Assembly (NCBI RefSeq): GCF_963921235.1
Contig: NC_086097.1
Coordinates: 70,930,001 to 70,994,000, forward strand
Reading direction: 5' to 3'
From: Mobula hypostoma
Lineage: Eukaryota
Length of the DNA stretch: 64,000 nucleotides
Part shown: positions 38,601 through 52,500 of the stretch, piece by piece
Layout: each line of letters starts with the position of its first letter
How positions within the stretch are numbered: the first letter of the stretch is position 1
The notes under the pieces: generated by a model
Told to the model about the DNA's origin: nothing
Database searches by the model: none
What the model saw: the letters and a program-made list of their open reading frames with translations, nothing else
Translations under genes and position numbers: made by a program

Positions 38601-39469
38601 TTGATGATTTGATTGGAAATAATTCTAAGATTTGTATGTTATCATTCCTGAGGCCACACAAAGCAGTTTCACCTAGAGATCAAATAGACATTGGCTATGA
38701 TAATAGAAAACTCGTATTCATCGTCATATTGTTCATTAGAAATATGGTCAAACTTTTCATTTCAAGTCAGTACTTGAACAACAGTTTCAACATCTAGCCG
38801 AGAGAATGAAAATATAGTGTAAATCCAATGTTGGGGTGCAGTCTCCCCTATTGATTTAGCTTTTACCAATGCACTGGTGAGCTTCATTTGCATTTCATAA
38901 CCACTATGTAGTTTGACATCTGATTTGGACTGTTTTTAAACCCTAAATCAAGTCACAGCAATATTAAATGAAGTTGAAATGAATGAGATTTGCAATTCAA
39001 ATCTTCCTTGCTGGATGTAAATATTAAAAAAAACACTTTTTTTTCTTATAATCACCTTCATACCGATATTTACTCAAATCTTCAGGAGACCGAGTAAATT
39101 TTGTATCAGTATTGCTCAGGTTCTAGTGTGAATGTATGTTCGAACCTGTAACTATAGATTAAAAAATTGAATATTTGGAACTCTTGGTTGGAGGTTCCTA
39201 GGATGTGACCAGCAGATCTGGTTTGGAGCAGTCATTTTTTGTGGTAGTATTTGCAAATAGAACTGAATGGTAGGTTTGTACCTCTGGCCAGGTAGTGTGA
39301 ATGATGAGATGAAAGAAAATACTTACTCAGGGTACATGCTTTCATTGTATGAATTTCTTAATATAGTCAACCTGCAATAAAGTAAATATAACAGCTTGTG
39401 TTTAACTCATTGGAATAGATCTATTTTAAAAGTATTACGTTGCCAGCTTGCTTCTCCTTTTGTTACACA

Positions 39470-40130
39470 CTTAAAGTGGAAGAAGCTGACCCAATAGATA
39501 ATAATAATACCTGTGCCCAAGAAGAATGTGGTAACCTGCCTCAGTGACTATTGTCTGGTTGCACTTACATCCATTGTGATGAAGAGCTTTGGGAAGTTGG
39601 TATTGAATCATATCAACTCCTGCCTACTGTCACAACAGGTCGATGGCAGATGCCATTTCATTGGGTTCAACCGTGGAACATCTGGACAGTGAAAATGCAT
39701 ACAGCAGGATGCTCTCTGTTGACTACAGCTCTGCATTCATCACAACCATTCCCTCAAAAGCTCCAAGACCTAGGCCTCAATACATCCTTGTGCAAGTGGA
39801 TTCTCAATTTCATCACCCGCAGACCCGACTTATTTTGTATTGGCAACAATGTCGACTAAATAATCACCATCAGCACAGCTACACCACAGTGCTGTGCGCT
39901 TAGCCCCCGCTCTACTCAGTTTTTACTTATGACTGAGGCTAACCGCAGCTCCAGTGCCATATTTAATATTGCTAATGACACGACTGTTGTTGGCTGAAGC
40001 AAGGGTGGTGACCAATCAAAAGACTGAATCAGAGGGGATAGTTTCACTCACCCTAACAATGAACTGATTCCACAACCTATGGACTCTACAAGTCAGGTTC
40101 TCAATATTTATTATGTATTTATGTATTAAT
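39470..40130 (+). mobile_element. Rex1/L2-group LINE RT fragment
   Basis: [27 protein letters not shown] and RMLSVDYSSAF.TI (ORF 39643..39903). Confidence 0.78.
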
Positions 40131-40132
40131 AT

Positions 40133-40525
40133 TAAGTTCAAGTTCAATTGTCATTCAACCACATACATGTATGCAGCTAAACCTGCGGAGCAGTTTCGAT
40201 GGGCCAAATGAACTAATCCTGCTCCTATATCCTATGGTCTAAATGAAACAGCGTTCCTCTGAGGCCAAGGTGGAAAACACCGTACCTACAGTCACACATG
40301 GCACATGTAGATATGATAGCACTTAACAGTCATCAAATATATTAGCACAAGTCCCTAAGTGGCATGGTCTGAGGATTGATGGTACATGGAATATTGTCCT
40401 GGAGCCACGCTTCTTCAAGGACAAGCGCGCGACAGTTGCTCATCTCCGGCAGCGGCAGGCAAAGGCAATCCAGCTTGTCCTCCGGGAGCAAAAACTGAAG
40501 AGCAGCACCGATGGAAGAGCCCAGC
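40133..40525 (-). mobile_element. Internally deleted Rex1/L2-group element abutting the satellite
   Basis: ORF 40342..40584 (-) contains EDKLDCL.L...EMSNCRALVLEEAWLQDNIP, an APE endonuclease N-terminus (NK.D.L...C..L..TETWL). Tail-like (AAGTTC)n at 40134-40146. Confidence 0.65.
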
Positions 40526-43500
40526 CTCCAACCCAGCACGGATTTCAGCGTGCCACCGTGTCTCTGTTCCCTCCAACCCAGCACGGATTACACTGTGCCA
40601 CCGCGTCTCTGTTCCCTCCAACCCAGCACGGATTACACTGTGCCACCGCGTCTCTGTTCCCTCCAACCCAGCACGGATTACACTGTGCCACCGCGTCTCT
40701 GTTCCCTCCAACCCAGCACGGATTACAGCGTTCCACCGCGTCTCTGTTTTCTCCAACCCAGCGCGGATAACACCGTGCCACCGCGTCACTGTTCTCTCCA
40801 ACCCAGCACGGATTACACCGTCCCACCACGTCTCTATTCTCTCCAACCCAGCACGGATTACAGCGTGTCACTGTGTCTCTGTTCTCTCCAAACCAGCACG
40901 GATTACACCGTGCCACCGCGTCACTGTGCCCTCCAACCCAGCGCGGATAACACCGTGCCACCGCGTCACTGTTCTCTCCAACCCAGCACGGATTACACCG
41001 TCCCACCACGTCTCTATTCTCTCCAACCCAGCACGGATTACACCGTGCCACCGCGTCTCCGTTCCCTCCAACCCAGCACGGATTACAGCGTGCCACGGCG
41101 TCTCTGTTCCCTCCAACCCAGCACGGATTTCACCGTGCCACCGCGTCACTGTGCCCTCCAACCCAGCGCGGATTACACCGTCCCACCGCGTCACTGTTCT
41201 CTCCAACCCAGCACGGATTACACCGTCCCGCCGCGTCTCTGTTCTCTCCAACCCAGCACGGATTTCACCGTGCCACCGCGTCACTGTGCCCTCCAACCCA
41301 GCGCGGATTACACCGTCCCGCCGCGTCTCTGTTCTCTCCAACCCAGCACGGATTACACAGTGCCGCCGCGTCTCTGTGCCCTCCAACCCAGCACGGATTA
41401 CACCGTCCCACCGCGTCACTGTTCTCTCCAACCCAGCACAGATTACACCGTGCCACCGCGTCTCTGTGCCCTCCAACCCAGCACGGATTTCACCGTCCCA
41501 CCGCGTCACTGTTCTCTGCAACCCAGCACGGATTACACCGTCCCGCCGCGTCTCTGTTCTCTCCAACCCAGCACGGATTTCACCGTGCCACCGCGTCACT
41601 GTGCCCTCCAACCCAGCGCGGATTACACCGTCCCGCCGCGTCTCTGTTCTCTCCAACCCAGCACGGATTACAACGTGCCACCGCGTCTCTGTGCCCTCCA
41701 ACCCAGCACGGATTACAGCTTGCCACCGCGTCTCTGTGCCCTCCAACCCAGCGCGGATTACAGCGTGTCACTGCGTCTCTGTTCTCTCCAAACCAGCACG
41801 GATTACACCGTGCCACCGCGTCTCTGTTCCCTCCAACCCAGCACGGATTACAGCGTGCCACCGCGTCTCTGTTCCCTCCAACCCAGCACGGATTACACCG
41901 TTCCACCGCGTCTCTGTTTTCTCCAACCCAGCGCGGATAACACCGTGCCACCGCGTCACTGTTCTCTCCAACCCAGCACGGATTACACCGTCCCACCACG
42001 TCTCTATTCTCTCCAACCCAGCACGGATTTCACCGTGCCACCACGTCTCTATTCTCTCCAACACAGCACGGATTACAGCGTGCCACCGCGTCTCTGTGCC
42101 CTCCAACCCAGCACAGATTACAGCGTTCCACCACGTCTCTATTCTCTCCAACCCAGCACGGATTACAGCGTGTCACTGTGTCTCTGTTCTCTCCAAACCA
42201 GCACGGATTACACCGTGCCACCGCGTCACTGTGCCCTCCAACCCAGCGCGGATTACACCGTCCCACCACGTCTCTATTCTCTCCAACCCAGCACGGATTA
42301 CACCGTGCCACCGCGTCTCCGTTCCCTCCAACCCAGCACGGATTTCACCGTGCCACCGCGTCTCTGTGCCCTCCAACCCAGCACAGATTACAGCGTTCCA
42401 CCACGTCTCTATTCTCTCCAACCCAGCACGGATTACAGCGTGTCACTGTGTCTCTGTTCTCTCCAAACCAGCACGGATTGCACCGTGCCACCGCGTCACT
42501 GTTCTCTCCAACCCAGCACGGATTACACCGTCCCACCACGTCTCTATTCTCTCCAACCCAGCACGGATTACACCGTGCCACCGCGTCTCCGTTCCCTCCA
42601 ACCCAGCACGGATTACAGCGTGCCACGGCGTCTCTGTTCCCTCCAACCCAGCACGGATTTCACCGTGCCACCGCGTCACTGTGCCCTCCAACCCAGCGCG
42701 GATTACACCGTCCCACCGCGTCACTGTTCTCTCCAACCCAGCACGGATTACACCGTCCCGCCGCGTCTCTGTTCTCTCCAACCCAGCACGGATTTCACCG
42801 TGCCACCGCGTCACTGTGCCCTCCAACCCAGCGCGGATTACACCGTCCCGCCGCGTCTCTGTTCTCTCCAACCCAGCACGGATTACACAGTGCCGCCGCG
42901 TCTCTGTGCCTTCCAACCCAGAACGGATTACAACGTGCCACCGCGTCTCTGTGCCCTCCAACCCAGCACGGATTTCACCGTCCCACCGCGTCACTGTTCT
43001 CTCCAACCCAGCACGGATTACACCGTCCCGCCGCGTCTCTGTTCTCTCCAACCCAGCACGGATTTCACCGTGCCACCGCGTCACTGTGCCCTCCAACCCA
43101 GCGCGGATTACACCGTCCCGCCGCGTCTCTGTTCTCTCCAACCCAGCACGGATTACAACGTGCCACCGCGTCTCTGTGCCCTCCAACCCAGCACGGATTA
43201 CAGCTTGCCACCGCGTCTCTGTGCCCTCCAACCCAGCGCGGATTACAGCGTGTCACTGCGTCTCTGTTCTCTCCAAACCAGCACGGATTACACCGTGCCA
43301 CCGCGTCTCTGTTCCCTCCAACCCAGCACGGATTACACCGTGCCACCGCGTCTCTGTTCCCTCCAACCCAGCACGGATTACACCGTTCCACCGCGTCTCT
43401 GTTTTCTCCAACCCAGCGCGGATAACACCGTGCCACCGCGTCACTGTTCTCTCCAACCCAGCACGGATTACACCGTCCCACCACGTCTCTATTCTCTCCA

Positions 43501-46500
43501 ACCCAGCACGGATTTCACCGTGCCACCACGTCTCTATTCTCTCCAACACAGCACGGATTACAGCGTGCCACCGCGTCTCTGTGCCCTCCAACCCAGCACA
43601 GATTACAGCGTTCCACCACGTCTCTATTCTCTCCAACCCAGCACGGATTACAGCGTGTCACTGTGTCTCTGTTCTCTCCAAACCAGCACGGATTACACCG
43701 TGCCACCGCGTCACTGTTCTCTCCAACCCAGCACGGATTACACCGTCCCACCACGTCTCTATTCTCTCCAACCCAGCACGGATTTCACCGTGCCACCGCG
43801 TCTCTGTGCCCTCCAACCCAGCACAGATTACAGCGTTCCACAGCGTCTCTGTGCCCTTCAAACCAGCACGGATTACAGCGTGCCACCGCGTCTCTGTGCC
43901 CAAAAACCCAGCACGAATTACAGCGTGCCACCGCATCTCTGTGCCCTTCAACCCAGCGCGGATAACACCGTGCCACCGCGTCACTGTGTCTCTGTTCTCT
44001 CCAAACCAGCACGGATTACACCGTGCCACCGCGTCACTGTGCCCTCCAACCCAGCGCGGATAACACCGTGCCACCGCGTCACTGTTCTCTCCAACCCAGC
44101 ACGGATTACACCGTCCCACCACGTCTCTATTCTCTCCAACCCAGCACGGATTACACCGTCCCACCACGTCTCTATTCTCTCCAACCCAGCACGGATTACA
44201 CCGTCCCACCGCGTCTCCGTTCCCTCCAACCCAGCACGGATTACAGCGTGCCACGGCGTCTCTGTTCCCTCCAACCCAGCACGGATTACAGCGTGCCACG
44301 GCGTCTCTGTTCCCTCCAACCCAGTGCGGATTACAGCGTTCCACCGCGTCTCTGTTCCCTCCAACCCAGCGTGGATTACAGCGTGCCACTGCGTCTCTGT
44401 GCCCTCCAACCCAGCACGGATTACAGCGTGCCACCGCGTCTCTGTTCCTTCCAACCCAGCACGGATTACACCGTGCCACCGCCTCACTGTTCTCTCCAAC
44501 CCAGCGCGGATTACACCGTGCCGCTGCGTCTCTGTTCCCTCCAACCCAGCACGGATTACACCGTGCCACTGCGTCTCTGTTCCCTCCAACCCAGCACGGA
44601 TTACACCGTGCCACCGCGTCTCTGTTCTCTCCATCCCAGCACGGATTACAGCGTGCCACCGCGTCTCTGTTCCCTCCAACCCAGCACGGATTACACCGTG
44701 CCACCTCGTCTCTGTTCCCTCCAACCCAGCGCGGATTACAGCGTGCCACCGCGTCTCTGTTCCCTCCAACCCAGCATGGATTACAGCGTGCCACCGCGTC
44801 TCTGTTCCCTCCAACCCAGCACGGATTACAGCGTGCCACCGCGTCTCTGTTCCCTCCAACCCAGCACGGATTACAGCGTGCCACCGCGTCTCTGTTCCCT
44901 CCAACCCAGCACGGATTACACCGTGCCGTCGCGTCTCTGTGCCCTCCAACCCAGCACGGATTACAGCGTGCCACTGCGTCTCTGTGCCCTCCAACCCAGC
45001 ACGGATTACACCGTGCCACTGCGTCTCTGTGCCCTCCAACCCAGCACGGATTACAGCGTTCCACCGCGTCGCTGTTCCCTCCAACCCAGCACGAATTACA
45101 GCGTGCCACCACGTCTCTGTGCCCTCCAACCCAGCACGGATTTCACCTTGCCACCAAGTCTCTGTGCCCTCCAACCCAGCGCGGATTACACCGTGCCACC
45201 GCGTCTCTGTTCTCTCCAACCCAGCGCGGATTACAGCGTGCCACCACCTCTCTGTTCTCTCCAATCCAGCGCGGATTACACCGTGCCACCATGTCTCTGT
45301 GCCCTCCAACCCAGCACGGATTTTTCACCGTGCCACCACGTCTCTGTGCCCTCCAACCCAGCACGGATTTCACCGTGCCACCGCGTCGCTGTTCCCTCCA
45401 ACCCAGCGCGGATTACACCGTGCCGCCGCGTCTCTGTTCTCTCCAACCCAGCACGGATTACAGCGTGCCACCGCGTCTCTGTTCCCTCCAACCCAGCACG
45501 GATTTCACCGTGCCACCGCGTCGCTGTTCCCTCCAACCCAGCGCGGATTACACCGTGCCGCCGCGTCTCTGTTCTCTCCAACCCAGCACGGATTACAGCG
45601 TGCCACCGGGTCTCTGTTCCCTCCAACCCAGCACGGATTACACCGTGCCACCGCGTCTCTGTTCTCTCCAACCCAGCGCGGATTACACCGTGCCACCGCG
45701 TCTCTGTTCCCTCCAACCCAGCGCGGATTACAGCGTGCCACCGCGTCTCTGTTCCCTCCAACCCAGCGCGGATTACAGCGTGTCACCGCGTCCCTGTGCC
45801 CTCCAACCCAGCACGGATTACACCGTGCCACCGCGTCTCTGTGCCGTCGAACCCAGCACGGATTACAGCGTGCCACCGCGTCACTCTCCCTCCAAACCAG
45901 CACGGATTACAGTGTTCCACCGCGTCTCTGTGCCCTCCAACCCAGCACGGATTACACCATGCCACCGCATCTCTGTTCCCTCCAACCCAGCACGGATTAC
46001 ACCGTTCCACCGCGTCTCTGTTTTCTCCAACCCAGCACGGATTACAGCGTGCCGCCGCGTCTCTGTTCTCTCCAACCCAGCGCGGATTACAGCGTGCCAC
46101 CGCGTCTCTGTTCCCTCCAACCCAGCGCGGATTACAGCGTATCACCGCGTCCCTGTGCCCTCCAACCCAGCACGGATTACAGTATTCCACCGCGTCTCTG
46201 TGCCCTCCAACCCAGCACGGATTACAGCGTTCCGTTGCGTCTCTGTGCCCTCCAACCCAGCACGGATTACACCGTGCCACCGCGTCTCTGTGCCGTCGAA
46301 CCCAGCACGGATTACACCGTGCCACCGCGTCACTCTCCCTCCAAACCAGCACGGATTACAGTGTTCCACCGCGTCTCTGTGCCCTCCAACCCAGCACGGA
46401 TTACACCATGCCACCGCATCTCTGTTCCCTCCAACCCAGCACGGATTACACCGTTCCACCGCGTCTCTGTTTTCTCCAACCCAGCACGGATTACAGCGTG

Positions 46501-49500
46501 CCGCCGCGTCTCTGTTCTCTCCAACCCAGCACGGATTACAGCGTGCCACCGCGTCTCTGTTCCCTCCAACCCAGCGCGGATTACAGCGTATCACCGCGTC
46601 CCTGTGCCCTCCAACCCAGCACGGATTACAGTATTCCACCGCGTCCCTGTGCCCTCCAACCCAGCACGGATTACAGCGTTCCGTTGCGTCTCTGTGCCCT
46701 CCAACCCAGCACGGATTACAACGTGCCACCGCGTCTCTGTGTCCTCCAACCCAGCACAGATTACAGCGTTCCACCGCGTCTCTGTTCTCTCCAACCCAGC
46801 ACGGATTACAGCGTGCCACCGCTTCACTGTTCCCTCCAACCCAGCACGGATTACACCGTGCCACTGCGTCTCTGTGCCCTCCAACCCAGCACGGATTACA
46901 GCGTTCCACAGCGTCGCTGTTCCCTCCAACCCAGCACGAATTACAGCGTGCCACCACGTCTCTGTGCCCTCCAACCCAGCACGGATTTCACCGTGCCACC
47001 AAGTCTCTGTGCCCTCCAACCCAGCGCGGATTACACCGTGCCACCGCGTCTCTGTTCTCTCCAACCCAGCGCGGATTACAGCGTGCCACCACCTCTCTGT
47101 TCTCTCCAATCCAGCGCGGATTACACCGTGCCACCATGTCTCTGTGCCCTCCAACCCAGCACGGATTTCACCGTGCCACCACGTCTCTGTGCCCTCCAAC
47201 CCAGCACGGATTTCACCGTGCCACCGCGTCGCTGTTCCCTCCAACCCAGCGCGGATTACACCGTGCCGCCGCGTCTCTGTTCTCTCCAACCCAGCACGGA
47301 TTACAGCGTGCCACCGCGTCTCTGTTCCCTCCAACCCAGCGCGGATTACAGCGTGCCACCGCGTCTCTGTTCTCTCCAAACCAGCACGGATTTCACCGTG
47401 CCACCGCGTCGCTGTTCCCTCCAACCCAGCGCGGATTACACCGTGCCGCCGCGTCTCTGTTCTCTCCAACCCAGCACGGATTACAGCGTGCCACCGGGTC
47501 TCTGTTCCCTCCAACCCAGCGCGGATTACAGCGTGCCACCGCGTCTCTGTTCTCTCCAACCCAGCGCGGATTACACCGTGCCACCGCGTCTCTGTTCCCT
47601 CCAACCCAGCGCGGATTACAGCGTGCCACCGCGTCTCTGTTCCCTCCAACCCAGCGCGGATTACAGCGTGTCACCGCGTCCCTGTGCCCTCCAACCCAGC
47701 ACGGATTACACCGTGCCACCGCGTCTCTGTGCCGTCGAACCCAGCACGGATTACACCGTGCCACCGCGTCACTCTCCCTCCAAACCAGCACGGATTACAG
47801 TGTTCCACCGCGTCTCTGTGCCCTCCAACCCAGCACGGATTACACCGTGCCACCGCATCTCTGTTCCCTCCAACCCAGCACGGATTTCACCGTGCCACCA
47901 CGTCTCTGTGCCCTCCAACCCAGCACGGATTTCACCGTGCCACCGCGTATCTTTTCTCTCCAACCCAGCACGGATTACACCGTGACACCACGTCTCTGTG
48001 CCCTCCAACCCAGCACGGATTTCACCGTGCCACCACGTCTCTGTGCCCTCCAACCCAGCACGTATTTCACCGTGCCACCGCGTATCTGTTCTCTCCAACC
48101 CAGCACGGATTTCAGCGTTCCACCGCGTCTCTGTTCCCTCAAACCCAGCACGTTTACAGCGTGCCGCCGCGTCTCTGTTCCCTCCAACCCAGCACGGATT
48201 ACACAGTGCCGCCGCGTCTCTGTTCTCTCCAACCCAGCGCGGATTACACCGTGCCACCGTGACTCTGTTCTCTCCAACCCAGCACGGATTACACAGTGCC
48301 GCCGCGTCTCTGTTCTCTCCAACCCAGCACGGATTACACCGTCCCGCCGCGTCTCTGTGCCCTCCAACCCAGCACGGATTACAGCGTTCCGCTGCGTCTC
48401 TGTTCCCTCCAACCCAGCACGGATTACACAGTGCCGCCGCGTCTCTGTTCTCTCCAACCCAGCACGGATTACACCGTGACACCACGTCTCTGTGCCCTCC
48501 AACCCAGCACGGATTTCACCGTGCCACCACGTCTCTGTGCCCTCCAACCCAGCACGGATTTCACCGTGCCACCGCGTATCTGTTCTCTCCAACCCAGCAC
48601 GGATTTCAGCGTTCCACCGCGTCTCTGTTCCCTCAAACCCAGCACGTTTACAGCGTGCCGCCGCGTCTCTGTTCCCTCCAACCCAGCACGGATTACACAG
48701 TGCCACCGCGTCTCTGTTCTCTCCAACCCAGCGCGGATTACACCGTGCCACCGTGACTCTGTTCTCTCCAACCCAGCACGGATTACACAGTGCCGCCGCG
48801 TCTCTGTTCTCTCCAACCCAGAACGGATTACACCGTCCCGCCGCGTCTCTGTGCCCTCCAACCCAGCACGGATTACAGCGTTCCGCTGCGTCTCTGTTCC
48901 CTCCAACCCAGCACGGATTACACAGTGCCGCCGCGTCTCTGTTCTCTCCAACCCAGCGCGGATTACACCGTGCCACCGTGACTCTGTTCTCTCCAACCCA
49001 GCACGGATTACACAGTGCCGCCGCGTCTCTGTTCTCTCCAACCCAGCACGGATTACACCGTCCCGCCGCGTCTCTGTGCCCTCCAACCCAGCACGGATTA
49101 CAGCGTTCCGCTGCGTCTCTGTGCCCTTCAACCCAGCGCGGATTACAGCGTGTCACTGTGTCTCTGTTCTCTCCAAACCAGCACGGATTACACCGTGCCA
49201 CCGCGTCACTGTGCCCTCCAACCCAGCACGGATTACAGCGTGCCACCGCGTCTCTGTTCTCTCCAACCCAGCACGAATTACACCGTGCCACCGCGTCACT
49301 GTGCCCTCCAACCCAGCGCGGATTACACCGTGCCACCGCGTCACTGTTCTCTCCAACCCAGCACAGATTACACCGTGCCACCGCTTCACTGTTCTCTCCA
49401 AACCAGCACGGATTACACCGTGCCACCGCGTCTCTGTTCTCTCCAACCCAGCACGGATTACACCGTGCCACCGCGTCTCTGTTCTCTCCAACCCAGCGCG

Positions 49501-52500
49501 GATTACACCGTGCCACCGCGTCACTGTGCCCTCCAAACCAGCACGGATTACACCGTGCCGCCGCGTCTCTGTTCTCTCCAACCCAGCACGGATTACAGCG
49601 TTCCACTGCGTCTCTGTTCCCTCCAACCCAGCGCGGATTACACCGTGCCACCGCGTCTCCGTTCCGTCCAACCCAGCACCGATTAAACCGTGCCACCGCG
49701 TCACTGTGCCCTCCAACCCAGCACGGATTACAGCGTTCCACTGCGTCTCTGTGCCCTCCAACCCAGAACGGATTTCACCGTGCCACCGCGTCTCTGTGCC
49801 CTCCAACCCAGCACGGATTACAGCTTGCCACCGCGTCTCTGTGCCCTCCAACCCAGCACGGATTACAGCGTGTCACTGCGTCTCTGTTCTCTCCAAACCA
49901 GCACGGATTACACCGTGCCACCGCGTCTCTGTTCCCTCCAACCCAGCACGGATTACACCGTTCCACCGCGTCTCTGTTCCCTCCAACCCAGCACGGATTA
50001 CAGCGTGCCACCGCGTCTCTGTTCCCTCCAACCCAGCGCGGATTACAGCGTATCACCGCGTCCCTGTGCCCTCCAACCCAGCACGGATTACAGTATTCCA
50101 CCGCGTCTCTGTGCCCTCCAACCCAGCACGGATTACTGCGTTCCGTTGCGTCTCTGTGCCCTCCAACCCAGCACGGATTACACCGTGCCACCGCGTCTCT
50201 GTGCCGTCGAACCCAGCACGGATTACACCGTGCCACCGCGTCACTCTCCCTCCAAACCAGCACGGATTACAGTGTTCCACCGCGTCTCTGTGCCCTCCAA
50301 CCCAGCACGGATTACACCATGCCACCGCATCTCTGTTCCCTCCAACCCAGCACGGATTACACCGTTCCACCGCGTCTCTGTTTTCTCCAACCCAGCACGG
50401 ATTACAGCGTGCCGCCGCGTCTCTGTTCTCTCCAACCCAGCGCGGATTACAGCGTGCCACCGCGTCTCTGTTCCCTCCAACCCAGCGCGGATTACAGCGT
50501 ATCACCGCGTCCCTGTGCCCTCCAACCCAGCACGGATTACAGTATTCCACCGCGTCTCTGTGCCCTCCAACCCAGCACGGATTACAGCGTTCCGTTGCGT
50601 CTCTGTGCCCTCCAACCCAGCACGGATTACAACGTGCCACCGCGTCTCTGTGTCCTCCAACCCAGCACAGATTACAGCGTTCCACCGCGTCTCTGTTCTC
50701 TCCAACCCAGCACGGATTACAGCGTGCCACCGCTTCACTGTTCCCTCCAACCCAGCACGGATTACACCGTGCCACTGCGTCTCTGTGCCCTCCAACCCAG
50801 CACGGATTACAGCGTTCCACAGCGTCGCTGTTCCCTCCAACCCAGCACGAATTACAGCGTGCCACCAAGTCTCTGTGCCCTCCAACCCAGCACGGATTTC
50901 ACCGTGCCACCAAGTCTCTGTGCCCTCCAACCCAGCGCGGATTACACCGTGCCACCGCGTCTCTGTTCTCTCCAACCCAGCGCGGATTACAGCGTGCCAC
51001 CACCTCTCTGTTCTCTCCAATCCAGCGCGGATTACACCGTGCCACCATGTCTCTGTGCCCTCCAACCCAGCACGGATTTCACCGTGCCACCACGTCTCTG
51101 TGCCCTCCAACCCAGCACGGATTTCACCGTGCCACCGCGTCGCTGTTCCCTCCAACCCAGCGCGGATTACACCGTGCCGCCGCGTCTCTGTTCTCTCCAA
51201 CCCAGCACGGATTACAGCGTGCCACCGCGTCTCTGTTCCCTCCAACCCAGCGCGGATTACAGCGTGCCACCGCGTCTCTATTCTCTCCAAACCAGCACGG
51301 ATTTCACCGTGCCACCGCGTCGCTGTTCCCTCCAACCCAGCGCGGATTACACCGTGCCGCCGCGTCTCTGTTCTCTCCAACCCAGCACGGATTACAGCGT
51401 GCCACCGGGTCTCTGTTCCCTCCAACCCAGCGCGGATTACAGCGTGCCACCGCGTCTCTGTTCTCTCCAACCCAGCGCGGATTACACCGTGCCACCGCGT
51501 CTCTGTTCCCTCCAACCCAGCGCGGATTACAGCGTGCCACCGCGTCTCTGTTCCCTCCAACCCAGCGCGGATTACAGCGTGTCACCGCGTCCCTGTGCCC
51601 TCCAACCCAGCACGGATTACACCGTGCCACCGCGTCTCTGTGCCGTCGAACCCAGCACGGATTACACCGTGCCACCGCGTCACTCTCCCTCCAAACCAGC
51701 ACGGATTACAGTGTTCCACCGCGTCTCTGTGCCCTCCAACCCAGCACGGATTACACCGTGCCACCGCATCTCTGTTCCCTCCAACCCAGCACGGATTTCA
51801 CCGTGCCACCACGTCTCTGTGCCCTCCAACCCAGCACGGATTTCACCGTGCCACCGCGTATCTGTTCTCTCCAACCCAGCACGGATTACACCGTGACACC
51901 ACGTCTCTGTGCCCTCCAACCCAGCACGGATTTCACCGTGCCACCACGTCTCTGTGCCCTCCAACCCAGCACGTATTTCACCGTGCCACCGCGTATCTGT
52001 TCTCTCCAACCCAGCACGGATTTCAGCGTTCCACCGCGTCTCTGTTCCCTCAAACCCAGCACGTTTACAGCGTGCCGCCGCGTCTCTGTTCCCTCCAACC
52101 CAGCACGGATTACACAGTGCCGCCGCGTCTCTGTTCTCTCCAACCCAGCGCGGATTACACCGTGCCACCGTGACTCTGTTCTCTCCAACCCAGCACGGAT
52201 TACACAGTGCCGCCGCGTCTCTGTTCTCTCCAACCCAGCACGGATTACACCGTCCCGCCGCGTCTCTGTGCCCTCCAACCCAGCACGGATTACAGCGTTC
52301 CGCTGCGTCTCTGTTCCCTCCAACCCAGCACGGATTACACAGTGCCGCCGCGTCTCTGTTCTCTCCAACCCAGCACGGATTACACCGTGACACCACGTCT
52401 CTGTGCCCTCCAACCCAGCACGGATTTCACCGTGCCACCACGTCTCTGTGCCCTCCAACCCAGCACGGATTTCACCGTGCCACCGCGTATCTGTTCTCTC

